From: Candidatus Binatia bacterium
GTDB lineage: Bacteria; Desulfobacterota; Binatia; Bin18
Direction of reading: 5' to 3'
Length of the DNA: 64,000 bases
NCBI GenBank assembly: GCA_963664395.2
Contig: OY761159.2
Span: 2,368,001 to 2,432,000 of the forward strand
Shown: piece by piece, positions 42,873-51,925 of the stretch
How positions within the stretch are numbered: position 1 is the first letter of the stretch
Layout of the letters: every line of letters begins with the position of its first letter
Made by a program: the position numbers and the translations under genes
Notes under the pieces: generated by a model
Told to the model about the DNA's origin: nothing
Databases searched by the model: none
Seen by the model: only the letters and a program-made list of their open reading frames with translations

Positions 42873-43211
42873 CTACTCCTCCGACTTTTTGTCCATCCTC
42901 TGCCACACGCCTTTATTGCGTAGGTGTTTGACATCCTGGGCGGTCTGTTGCACCCGGATACCCATTGCGCCCAGGAGTTCAGTGCTCATATCCGCGGTAA
43001 TCTGATCTTTGACGCTGCCGTTGCCGTGTGGGTCGGCGTTCATAAAGGCTTCTATTTGTTCGCGCGGCAGACCGGTTTCGATACATAAGTCAAGGAATTG
43101 CAGCAAGCTGAGTTGCCCGCGCTGCCGGGTGTATATCTCGTGTAAGCGTTGGCAGCCTTCACATATGCGTTTGAACCACCCCGCGCCCTTCCGGCAGTAT
43201 GAGCATTTCAT
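42873..43211 (-). CDS. hypothetical protein with an N-terminal CxxC...CxxC zinc ribbon
   Basis: MKCSYC...CEGC. Confidence 0.65.
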   Translation of the reverse strand: MKCSYCRKGAGWFKRICEGCQRLHEIYTRQRGQLSLLQFLDLCIETGLPREQIEAFMNADPHGNGSVKDQITADMSTELLGAMGIRVQQTAQDVKHLRNKGVWQRMDKKSEE

Positions 43212-43306
43212 TACCACCAGCCTAACGGTTCGCCCGGAGGGGAACAACGGCAGGGCCATACGACCCGTGTTTGCCCCCCACACCAATCCACGCTACACCC
43301 CCCAGT

Positions 43307-44023
43307 ATGTCTGCCACCGCGCTGGTGATCTTTGCCAAATGGCCGCTGCCCGGACAGGTCAAGACGCGCCTGTGTCCGCCGCTCCGGCCTGACCAAGCCG
43401 CAGAACTGGCGCGCTGCTTTCTCCTGGATACGGTTGAACGGGTTTCCCGACTCGAAGAGGGGCGGGTCTGGGTTGCCTTTACCCCGGCTGATAGCGAGCC
43501 TCGCTTTCGGGCGCTGCTGCCTGCCTCCGTCCGTTACCTGCCGCAACGGGGTAATGATCTTGGTGAGCGTGAGCTGAATATCTTTGTGGATCTGTTCGGG
43601 AAAGAAGTGAAGAGGGTGGCGATTATGGGGAGTGATATTCCCTCCGTGCCGCTCGCCTATCTCCGCTTGGCCTTCGACCTGTTGAAGACCCCGGGCTGTG
43701 ATGCCGTCTTCGGCCCGAGTAGTGACGGCGGCTACTACTGTATCGGCGCACAGGCCGGCCATGCCGCGCTGCCAGCCCTGTTTGAGGATATTGAGTGGAG
43801 TACGGCAAAGGTCATGCAACAGACGTTGGGACAGGCCCGCTTGCATAACATGAATGTAGGCCTGATCCCATGCTGGTACGATGTGGATACAGTAGAGGAT
43901 GTACGGAAACTGGCGGAGCAGTTGAGGGAAACGCGGCATGGAGACGCTGCCCCACGAACCCGGAATTTTTTAGAACGAATCGCTCCTACTCTTTATCGGT
44001 GTGGTGTTCCAAAGCCCGGATAA
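43307..44023 (+). CDS. DUF2064/TIGR04282-type GT-A-fold transferase
   Basis: FAKWP.PG.VKTRL, QRG.DLGER, GSDIP, GPSSDGGYY and DVDT motifs. Confidence 0.88.
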   Translation: MSATALVIFAKWPLPGQVKTRLCPPLRPDQAAELARCFLLDTVERVSRLEEGRVWVAFTPADSEPRFRALLPASVRYLPQRGNDLGERELNIFVDLFGKEVKRVAIMGSDIPSVPLAYLRLAFDLLKTPGCDAVFGPSSDGGYYCIGAQAGHAALPALFEDIEWSTAKVMQQTLGQARLHNMNVGLIPCWYDVDTVEDVRKLAEQLRETRHGDAAPRTRNFLERIAPTLYRCGVPKPG

Positions 44024-44627
44024 TGAAATCTGCGGTTCCCGTCTCACCCCACACGCTTGAGTCGAGTTGGAGATTATACCCGTCTGAGTCGCGCCATTCG
44101 GCCTGGTAGAACTTGTGGACATAATCCGTCCGCAGTTTATCCATCCCGGTGATGCGGCGTTTGGCCTCGTCTGTGGTGAGTCCCTCCACTTTCATAACGC
44201 GCTCAATGCGGGCGTCGAGCGAGGCAAAAACAAAAACATGGAGGGTCTTGGGCCTGTTGGCCAGAATGCAGTTTCCGCCGCGTCCGACAATAATGGTGCT
44301 GCCCTCCTGCGAGACCTCTTCGATTAGCGTGCGGGTCAGGCGCGCGAGTTGGCTGTCTTTGAGACGCAACGGCGGGGGGATGTTATACGCAATTTCAAAG
44401 CCGCCCACGCCAAATGATTCGACGACACGTTCGATAAACGATCCCACTCGTTCATCTTTGGTTTCAATGTAATCCTTAGAGACATGTTGCCGGGACGCAA
44501 TCGTTTGGACAATTTCTTTATCCCAGACTTTCCAGTTGAGGCGTTGTCCAAGGTCGCGGGCAATCAGGCTCCCCCCACTGCCATACTGATGGGACAAGGT
44601 GAGAAGGGTAATGGGCGTACTCATCAT
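43986..44627 (-). CDS. cytidylate kinase-like family protein
   Basis: TLSHQYGSGG P-loop-like motif; IIVGRGG. Confidence 0.85.
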   Translation of the reverse strand: MMSTPITLLTLSHQYGSGGSLIARDLGQRLNWKVWDKEIVQTIASRQHVSKDYIETKDERVGSFIERVVESFGVGGFEIAYNIPPPLRLKDSQLARLTRTLIEEVSQEGSTIIVGRGGNCILANRPKTLHVFVFASLDARIERVMKVEGLTTDEAKRRITGMDKLRTDYVHKFYQAEWRDSDGYNLQLDSSVWGETGTADFIIRALEHHTDKE

Positions 44628-44747
44628 TCGTTCCTTCCTCGGAGTCTTCTCGCAATTCTGATGAAAGGCGGACTCTCAGCGCGGCTATTCTAGGAGGAGG
44701 TGCGTAGGGCTGTCAATTCTTGTTGGTCTTATTGAGGAGCTTTATGA

Positions 44748-44787
44748 TCTTGGTCTGTCTTGGTCTGTCTTGGTCTGTCTTGGTCTG
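44748..44787 (+). repeat. tandem repeat (TCTTGGTCTG)x4
   Basis: Four exact copies upstream of the OmpA-domain gene. Confidence 0.9.
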
Positions 44788-44888
44788 ACCCTACCAGACT
44801 AGCGTTTGAGAACGGAGGCGCTTAATGAGTAAACGCGCCCTCCAACAGGCATGTAGATGTTGGCACGTTTACTCATTATAGTACTGAC

Positions 44889-45929
44889 GTGCTTATCGCG
44901 CTTGCTACTGTTCTGTGCGGGTTTGTGTGGGGGACGATTCACGGCCAGATCTGGCTGCAACTGAACGTCCGGTGGATGGCGCTGGCCGCCCGGTCCCTTC
45001 AAGGTGTTCGCAAAAGGCCGAATCGTCGCGTGGAAGCCGTCCTGCCTACGTCCTTTACCGCCTCGCATAAATTTCTGGCGGCCCTCTTCGGAACCGTAGT
45101 GACGGGTGGAATTCTCGCTGTCCTTGCATCCAACTGGTCTTTCCTGGCGCTGTACCCGATTGGACTGTTTGCCGGTTTCTCCCCCGCCCTTATTCAAACG
45201 TATTGGCGTGCGTCTGCTCTGGTTGGGGTAGTGATGCTTATTGGAGTGACGGGTGGGCTGCTCTATGAGAATGAAGGCCCTGGCGGTCCTGTCAGTTCAG
45301 GCGATAGTGGCGATAGTGGCGATAGTGGCGATAGTGGCGATAGTGGCGATATGAGCAGTGCTGGTAAGCATGGCGGTTCTGTCGATTCAGGCGATAGTGG
45401 CAGTCCTGTCGGTTCTGGCGAGCAAGTCCGCGTGTCAGAGATGGCGGGCGGGCAGGAGTTGCCCAATCAAGACGCAGGGACACAACCGGCCCCGCCTTCG
45501 TTACCCCCACCGACTTTTGTAGAAAAGGGAGAAGACGCTCCGGAAGAGGTTCCAGAAGACGCTCCGGAAGAAATTGCCCACATTAGCCTGCCGGGTATTC
45601 CTTTTTCTTTTAACGACCAAACGATTCAGCCCGAACACCTGACGGAGCTGAATGAGGCGGTTCGTATTCTCAACGACAACCCGAATATATCTGTCCTGAT
45701 TGAGGGCTACTCTGATGCGGTTGGCTCCGAGTCGTTTAACCTGGAACTCTCGCGCGACCGGGCGGAAATTGTACGAGAGTATCTGGTGGAGTACGGGATT
45801 GCAGCCGAGCGCCTCCGAGTAGTTGGGCGAGGAGAAATTGACCCCCTCGCCCCGAATGCCAAAGATGATGGCTCGGACAATCCGGAAGGCAGAGCCATGA
45901 ACCGCCGCGTCGAACTCTCGGTTGAATAG
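44889..45929 (+). CDS. membrane protein with a C-terminal OmpA-like peptidoglycan-binding domain; true start possibly 44857 via a frameshift
   Basis: N-terminal TM helices, low-complexity linker, EGYSD...NLELSRDRA and NRRVE motifs. Confidence 0.85.
   Translation: MLIALATVLCGFVWGTIHGQIWLQLNVRWMALAARSLQGVRKRPNRRVEAVLPTSFTASHKFLAALFGTVVTGGILAVLASNWSFLALYPIGLFAGFSPALIQTYWRASALVGVVMLIGVTGGLLYENEGPGGPVSSGDSGDSGDSGDSGDSGDMSSAGKHGGSVDSGDSGSPVGSGEQVRVSEMAGGQELPNQDAGTQPAPPSLPPPTFVEKGEDAPEEVPEDAPEEIAHISLPGIPFSFNDQTIQPEHLTELNEAVRILNDNPNISVLIEGYSDAVGSESFNLELSRDRAEIVREYLVEYGIAAERLRVVGRGEIDPLAPNAKDDGSDNPEGRAMNRRVELSVE
45300..45350 (+). repeat. coding tandem repeat (GGCGATAGT)x5.7 encoding (GDS)n
   Basis: Five exact 9-mers plus a partial copy. 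Confidence 0.9.
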
Positions 45930-45973
45930 GCGTGCTGATTACACCGTCCGGTGAAAAAAGGACAGCATTATTT

Positions 45974-46840
45974 CTATGCTCCGCCGGGCAGGGAGATGGG
46001 AATCGTCTCTGCCAACGCTGGAGTTTTCCCTTCTTCGTCTGAAAAACGTCCCGCGGCGATAGTGTCATCGTGAGAAAACGAAACCCATAAATTTTTCTGT
46101 CTGGCCTCAGCGTAGAGCCGTTTTTTAGCGGCGATGGTGACTAACGGGTCAGTGTCATACGCCGCATTCCAGGCGAGACGCAGGTGAGCTGTCGTAGGAA
46201 CAATATCGGCGAAGTGAATCAAGCCGGTTCCACCCGTTTCAACAATGACACATTGGTGCGGGCTGGTATGGCCGCCTGAGACGGTTGTGCGCACCTGAGC
46301 AGTCAGTCTCGTATCACCGTCGATGAGTACAATGTGCTCAAGCGGCTCAAGGCATTCCGGGGCGTGGCGGTAGGCCGCGGCAATACGTTCGTCCGGGGGA
46401 TGGGTGGCCAACTCCCACTCCGCCCGTTGCATAACAACACGGGCGTTGGGAAAAACCGGGGTGATCGTCCCGTTGTCCGCTTTATCAATGACGCCGCCCA
46501 CATGATCAAAATGCAGATGGCTCAGCACGACGTGCGTCACGTCTTCCGGGGCGTAGCCGAGGGCGCGCAACTGGCCAGTCAGGCCGTCTCCGCGCCGGGG
46601 CGTAAAAAATTGTTGCTCACGCGTACTCAGACGATTCCCGATGCCGGTATCAACGAGTATGAGTTCACTCCGAGTCACAATCAGCGGGCAGGTCAGACTC
46701 ATGGTAATGCGTCCGCGTTCGTTGGGCTGCTTCTCCCGTTGCCAGATTTCACGCGGGACAATGCCGAACTGCGCGCCGCCGTCGTCCCACCACAGCCCGT
46801 CGTTCAAAAAGTGAATGGTGATACCACCGGCTTTCAGCAT
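45974..46840 (-). CDS. MBL-fold metallohydrolase (YtnP/AHL-lactonase-like)
   Basis: DGGAQFGIVP, LVDTG, SHLHFDH and GHT motifs. Confidence 0.88.
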   Translation of the reverse strand: MLKAGGITIHFLNDGLWWDDGGAQFGIVPREIWQREKQPNERGRITMSLTCPLIVTRSELILVDTGIGNRLSTREQQFFTPRRGDGLTGQLRALGYAPEDVTHVVLSHLHFDHVGGVIDKADNGTITPVFPNARVVMQRAEWELATHPPDERIAAAYRHAPECLEPLEHIVLIDGDTRLTAQVRTTVSGGHTSPHQCVIVETGGTGLIHFADIVPTTAHLRLAWNAAYDTDPLVTIAAKKRLYAEARQKNLWVSFSHDDTIAAGRFSDEEGKTPALAETIPISLPGGA

Positions 46841-46990
46841 GGGGCCGACTATAGCCGAGCCAAAAAGGGAAGACAAATGCACGCCCTGGTTTGAGATGAC
46901 AGTGATGGCGCTCTCCGCTTCAGCGCTTCCATTTGCACGGCTTTTGAGGCAGAAGGGTAGAGAGACCTGCTCACAAAGAAGGATGGTCGT

Positions 46991-47305
46991 ATGCCGGGCG
47001 TACATGACCGTGGGGGCTGGCCCGATGCCGGGCCTATCAACAAGGCCGAACATGAACTGTCGTTCTGGGAGAAACGGACCGATGCCTTACTGGTGCTGCT
47101 GAGTAGTGCGGCCAGGCGCGTTGTCCGTGTCGATGAATTGCGTCGGGCAATCGAAAGCCTTCCGTCTGAGGCATATGAAACAATGAGTTATTATGAACGC
47201 TGGATAATCGCGATTGAAACGCTCCTGATTGAAAAGAGCGTCCTGACCAAAGCTGAAATTGACCAAAAGGCTGAGGAGATTGTGGAGCAGCGGAAGGAGG
47301 AATAG
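46991..47305 (+). CDS. nitrile hydratase beta N-terminal-like protein (thiocyanate hydrolase beta, ScnB-like)
   Basis: HDRGG, WEKR, DELRRAIE and YYERW motifs. Confidence 0.85.
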   Translation: MPGVHDRGGWPDAGPINKAEHELSFWEKRTDALLVLLSSAARRVVRVDELRRAIESLPSEAYETMSYYERWIIAIETLLIEKSVLTKAEIDQKAEEIVEQRKEE

Positions 47306-48091
47306 ATGGGACGCCTCGATGGCAAAGTCGCATTCATTACCGGGGCGGGTTCAGGTATTGCCCGCTCTGCCGCCCGGATTTTTACTCAAGAGGGGGCGAA
47401 GGTAGCCATTGCCGAACTCAAGCCCGAGCTCGGACGCGAAACCGAACGCCTGGTCCGTGACGCTGGTGGAGATGCTGTTTTCATAGAAACCGATGTCACC
47501 ATCGAGGAGAGCGTGAAAAACGCTATCCACCAAACGGTGGCGCGCTACGCGACGCTCGATATTTTGTACAACTGCGCGGGCGGGTCAATTGCTGAAGATA
47601 CGACGGTGACTGAGGTTGATATGTCGGTCTGGCAGCATACCCAGTCGCTCGATTTGCTGGGCCCGTTTCTGTGCTGCCGGCACGGGATTCCTGAACTCAT
47701 CAAGGCTGGTGGTGGCGCGATTGTCAATATGTCCTCCGTCGTCGCTTTACGGGGATCGTTTCCTCTTCACGTCTACACCGCAGCCAAGGGGGGCGTCATT
47801 TCTTTTACCCAGGTGTTAGCCGGGACGTATGCCAAGGATAAGATTCGAGCCAATGCGATTTGTCCGGGCGTTATTATGACCGACCGGGTGCGGCAACGCC
47901 TGGGTGTCGATACGCCGCACCCGGCCGGCCAGTCCGGTGTCGTCAACCTGGAATCACAACTGAAGAAATATCCGTTCTCTGTGGGCGAGCCTGAAGACAT
48001 CGCCCGGGTTGCACTCTTTCTGGCCTCGGACGAAGCCCGTATGATGACCGGCGCAGTCGTGCCGGTTGATGGCGGGCTGTCGGCCTACTAG
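47306..48091 (+). CDS. short-chain dehydrogenase/reductase
   Basis: TGAGSGIA, YTAAK, NAICPG and VDGG motifs. Confidence 0.93.
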   Translation: MGRLDGKVAFITGAGSGIARSAARIFTQEGAKVAIAELKPELGRETERLVRDAGGDAVFIETDVTIEESVKNAIHQTVARYATLDILYNCAGGSIAEDTTVTEVDMSVWQHTQSLDLLGPFLCCRHGIPELIKAGGGAIVNMSSVVALRGSFPLHVYTAAKGGVISFTQVLAGTYAKDKIRANAICPGVIMTDRVRQRLGVDTPHPAGQSGVVNLESQLKKYPFSVGEPEDIARVALFLASDEARMMTGAVVPVDGGLSAY

Positions 48092-48100
48092 GGACGAGCG

Positions 48101-48403
48101 GTGACGACGAAGTACAAGCCCGGCGATCGCGTTCGCATCCGAGTCGCCAGCCCGTCCGGTCATTTCCGGACGCCGACTTATATTCAAGGAAAAATTGGCG
48201 TCATCGAGGCCGTCCATGGCGCGTTCCGCAATCCCGAGACGCTGGCCTATGGTGGAGACGGACTCCCGAAGCAAGCGCTCTATTTAGTCCGCTTTGATCA
48301 AACCCATATCTGGGAACACTATGAATCCGCCGCTCGGTATCAGAATGATCGGTTATTGATCGATATGTACGAACACTGGCTGGAGCCAGCTCCCGAGGAG
48401 TAA
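48101..48403 (+). CDS. nitrile hydratase beta C-terminal SH3-like protein (thiocyanate hydrolase alpha, ScnA-like)
   Basis: GDRVR, HFRTPTYIQGK, LY.VRF and YEHWLEP motifs. Confidence 0.85.
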   Translation: MTTKYKPGDRVRIRVASPSGHFRTPTYIQGKIGVIEAVHGAFRNPETLAYGGDGLPKQALYLVRFDQTHIWEHYESAARYQNDRLLIDMYEHWLEPAPEE

Positions 48404-48406
48404 ACG

Positions 48407-49036
48407 ATGCACGAACACGATGTGCCTGACCCGCACCTTCCTCTTGAAGAGACTTCCGAGCTGACCTATTACGAGCAGCGGGTAGAAGCCATTCAAGCCC
48501 TGCTGATCGAAAAGGGACTGATGAGCGCGGATGATGTTCGGCGCGCGGTCGAAGATATGGATGCCCGCTCTCCGGCAGTTGGGGCGAGGGTGATTGCGCG
48601 CGCCTGGGTCGATCCGCACTTTAAGCAACACTTACTTGCCGACGCCAAGGCGGCAATTGCCACCCTCGACATTGACGTGGACACCTGGAGTACGCTTATC
48701 GCTGTAGAGAATACGCCGACTATCCACAACGTGGTGGTGTGTACCCTGTGTTCCTGCTATCCCCGTTCTCTCCTCGGGGTGCCGCCCGACTGGTATAAAA
48801 GCCTGAGCTACCGCGCCCGGGTGGTGAAAGAGCCGCGGACCGTCCTCAAGGAATTTGGTCTGGAGTTAGCGTCCGATATGGAAGTCCGCGTGTACGACAG
48901 TACGGCCGATATGCGCTACTTGGTGATACCGCAGCGGCCAGCCGGAACCGAGGGACTGAGCGAGGCTGCGCTCGCCGAGTTGGTCACGCGAGACAGTATG
49001 ATCGGCGTCACGCCGGCCCGGGAGCCGCAGAGATGA
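48407..49036 (+). CDS. Co-type nitrile hydratase alpha / thiocyanate hydrolase gamma (ScnC-like)
   Basis: VVCTLCSCYPR metal-binding motif; ARAWVDP and RYLVIPQRP. Confidence 0.93.
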   Translation: MHEHDVPDPHLPLEETSELTYYEQRVEAIQALLIEKGLMSADDVRRAVEDMDARSPAVGARVIARAWVDPHFKQHLLADAKAAIATLDIDVDTWSTLIAVENTPTIHNVVVCTLCSCYPRSLLGVPPDWYKSLSYRARVVKEPRTVLKEFGLELASDMEVRVYDSTADMRYLVIPQRPAGTEGLSEAALAELVTRDSMIGVTPAREPQR

Positions 49037-49056
49037 AAGGGAAGCCTTTACCCTGC

Positions 49057-49941
49057 TTAGTTTGATTTTTTTACTCGCTCTGCAAAAGCGCGCATTTCCT
49101 CAATGACGGCATCGGTCTCGTCGCTCAGCGGCAGCATATAGAGCACGTCAACGCCGCCGGCGCGATACTCGTCCAGCTCTTTGTCACCGGTTCTATTGGA
49201 CAGGGCCAGCGCGCTAATCTCCAATTCGTTAAAATCGCGCCCGGCGGCGTCCATAAGCCCCTTGATCTGCTCCAGCAGGCCGGGAATCCGCTCGGGCAGG
49301 ACCAGGCCACAGTGCCAGCCATTGCCGAAAGCGGCCACGCGCCGTAACGCCGGCTTGGATTCTCCCCCAACCCAGATAGGGGGATGGGGCTTTTGGAGCG
49401 GACGGGGCAGGACGTTGACGTCTTCCTGCAACTCGACGAATTTCCCGGAAAAACGGGGCGAGTCTTGCGTCCACAAGGCTTGCATCATGGCAATATATTC
49501 GCGCGTGCGCGCCCCCCGTTCTTTGAAGGGGATGTTCAGCAGGCGGAATTCGTCTTCCAACCAGCCGACCCCAATGCCCATGATAAAACGTCCGCCGGAC
49601 AGCACATCAATAGTTGCCACACGGCGTGCAACGTCAAAGGGATGCCGGTACGGCACGATTACGACGCTAATCCCGAGGCGTATCCGCTCAGTAATCGCAG
49701 CCAGAAAGGCCATGGTGTCGAACGGGTCCAGCCAGACCATTTCGGTGTAGACCGCATACGGCGTCTTGCCGCCAACATATTCGTCGTAGGGCCAGGGGGC
49801 GGTAATCTGCTTGGGAATGACAATATGATCGCCAATTAAGAGCGAATCAAAGCCAAGTTCTTCTGCGGCGGCGGCTACTTTTTTGAGCGAGTCGCGTTGG
49901 GATACGGACGCGCCGCCGCCAAGCTGAATGCCATATTTCAT
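49057..49941 (-). CDS. LLM-class probable F420-dependent oxidoreductase (Rv2161c-like)
   Basis: GDHIVIP, IDVLSGGR..GIGVGW..EF and PPIWVGG motifs. Confidence 0.88.
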   Translation of the reverse strand: MKYGIQLGGGASVSQRDSLKKVAAAAEELGFDSLLIGDHIVIPKQITAPWPYDEYVGGKTPYAVYTEMVWLDPFDTMAFLAAITERIRLGISVVIVPYRHPFDVARRVATIDVLSGGRFIMGIGVGWLEDEFRLLNIPFKERGARTREYIAMMQALWTQDSPRFSGKFVELQEDVNVLPRPLQKPHPPIWVGGESKPALRRVAAFGNGWHCGLVLPERIPGLLEQIKGLMDAAGRDFNELEISALALSNRTGDKELDEYRAGGVDVLYMLPLSDETDAVIEEMRAFAERVKKSN

Positions 49942-50042
49942 TAGGCCCTCCTTTTTGTATTCAATTTTGTATTCAATCCGTTCCGTCAGTGTGATAACGG
50001 AAAGACCACGCCGGAACAAGAAGTAGAAACGAAGCAATCTCT

Positions 50043-50700
50043 GTGACGAAGATCATGCACGAACCGGATGTCACCCTGACCGATTATGCAGTAACGCTTG
50101 AGTGTGGGCTGTTTGTCTATTGGCTGCTCGTCCATGGCCAGTCGGATAACCCGCTGCGCCTCTGGTTTGCCGATCTTTTTTGCCTCAATCGGTATGGCGG
50201 CCCTCAGTGGCGGAACGGTTCACGGTTACTTCCCCGGCGAGGGAAGCGTTGGCCATAGCGTGCTCTGGGGAGCGACCTTAATTGCGATTGGAGTCACCGC
50301 GCTGTGCGGCTGGATTATTGGAGCGCAGCTCTATTTCTCGGAAAGCGTAGCTGTGTGGATCAGGCACGGCGCTGTTGTGCTCTTCGTCCTCTACTGCGGG
50401 GTTGTTCTGTTCGTCTCGCACAATTTTCTCATGGCGATTGTTTACTACCTGCCCGCAACGGTTTTTCTTTTCATTGTCTATGGTCTGGTGTATCAGCAGG
50501 GGCGCGAGCCGGCGGTCCTGATCGGTCTGCTCGGACTCGTCCTGACCTTCGTTGCCGCAGGAATACAGCAAGCGCAGTGGGGCCTCCACTCCATATATCT
50601 GCCGGTGTCCCTGAGCCATAACGCCCTCTACCATGTGGTCCAGGCGGTGGCGTTATTCTTCATGTATTGGAGTGCGCGCTGGTTGGTTCTCACGCGTTGA
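50043..50700 (+). CDS. multi-pass membrane protein (DUF6962-like); frameshift near 50170
   Basis: EPDVTLTDY in one frame joins ...GGTVHG...HNALYH in a second frame. Confidence 0.6.
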
Positions 50701-50744
50701 TCTTCCCCCATCATTCAAACGCCGGAAATGCTACAAAGGCAGGT

Positions 50745-51873
50745 ATGGAACTCACCCGCCTTTTCACCGAAAAGCCTGACTGGGCCACAGCGTGGCTGGT
50801 CCAGGTTTTTGGCATTGTTTTCCTGACCCTCGGGCTGCATTTTATTTTGCGGCGGTTCCTCAACCGCTTACAGCACAAAGCCCTGGACTCGCGGGCCTAT
50901 TGGGACGATGCGTTCGTCAAGGCCCTGCAAAGACCGCTGGCTTTTCTGGTGCTTTTTATCGGTCTGAGTCTGGTCCTTGATATTGTCCGGCATCATTTCG
51001 AACTTGCACTTTTTACTGCGCTTGGTCCCTTTCGTATGCTGGGGGTAGTACTCCTCTTTGCCTGGTTTTTGATGTGCCTCATCAGAGAAGGGGAAGAGGC
51101 GATTATCGTAAAATATGAAGACAAAGGCGAAGCATACGACCGCGCCACTATGGATGCAATTACCAAGTTGCTGCAGATGTTTGTCATAATCACAGCGACG
51201 TTGGTCGTCCTGCAAACGCTGGGGGTGAGTGTATCCGGAGTGCTGGCGCTTGGCGGTATTGGTGGTCTGGCCATCGGCTTTGCCGCCAAGGATTTATTGG
51301 CCAATTTTTTCGGCGGCTCTGATGCTCTATCTTGACCGTCCGTTTGCGGTGGGGGACTGGATTCGCTCCCCGGACCGCGAGATCGAGGGAGACGTTGAGC
51401 AGATCGGCTGGCGACTGACGCGCATTCGCACCTTTGATAAGCGACCGCTCTACATCCCGAACGCGATCTTTACCACGATCGCCGTGGAGAATCCCTCGCG
51501 CATGTCGAACCGTCGCATCTACGAGACGATCGGCCTCCGCTATGACGATGCCAGCAAGATGGAGCCCATCGTCCGGGCGGTTGAGCAGATGTTGCGTGCC
51601 CATCCCGAGATCGATACCTCGCGGATTCTGATGGTCAATTTCAACGCCTTTGCGCCGTCGTCCTTGGACTTCTTTGTCTACACGTTTACCAAGACGACGG
51701 ATTGGGCCCACTACCACGAGGTCAAGCAGGACGTGCTGCTGAAAATCCTGGAGATTATCGAGTCTCACGGCGCACAATCCGCCTTCCCCACCTCCACGAT
51801 TCATGTCCCTGAAGGACTATCGGTTCAGCCCGCCGGGAATGCGGAAGAGCTGCTGCCGCCTGGACGGTGTTAG
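50745..51873 (+). CDS. mscS: small-conductance mechanosensitive channel; frameshift near 51318
   Basis: GIGGLAIGFAAKDLLANFFGG in one frame continues as LMLYLDRPFAVGDWI...IPN...AFPT in a second frame. Confidence 0.85.
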
Positions 51874-51925
51874 GCCAGCGGGATAACGTTAGCTGCGTAC
51901 TCCACTAAAAGGGAGCGGCTCGACC

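Noticed and set aside
44748-45350. CRISPR array
   Set aside because: The repeats are 9-10 bp, head-to-tail with no spacers, and no cas genes are present.
46991-48403. Nitrile hydratase beta pseudogene broken by an insertion
   Set aside because: Both halves have clean starts and stops, and the split matches the natural ScnB/ScnA architecture.
49953-49976. 12-bp tandem duplication TTTTGTATTCAA x2 upstream of an LLM gene
   Set aside because: Only two copies, with no evidence of function.
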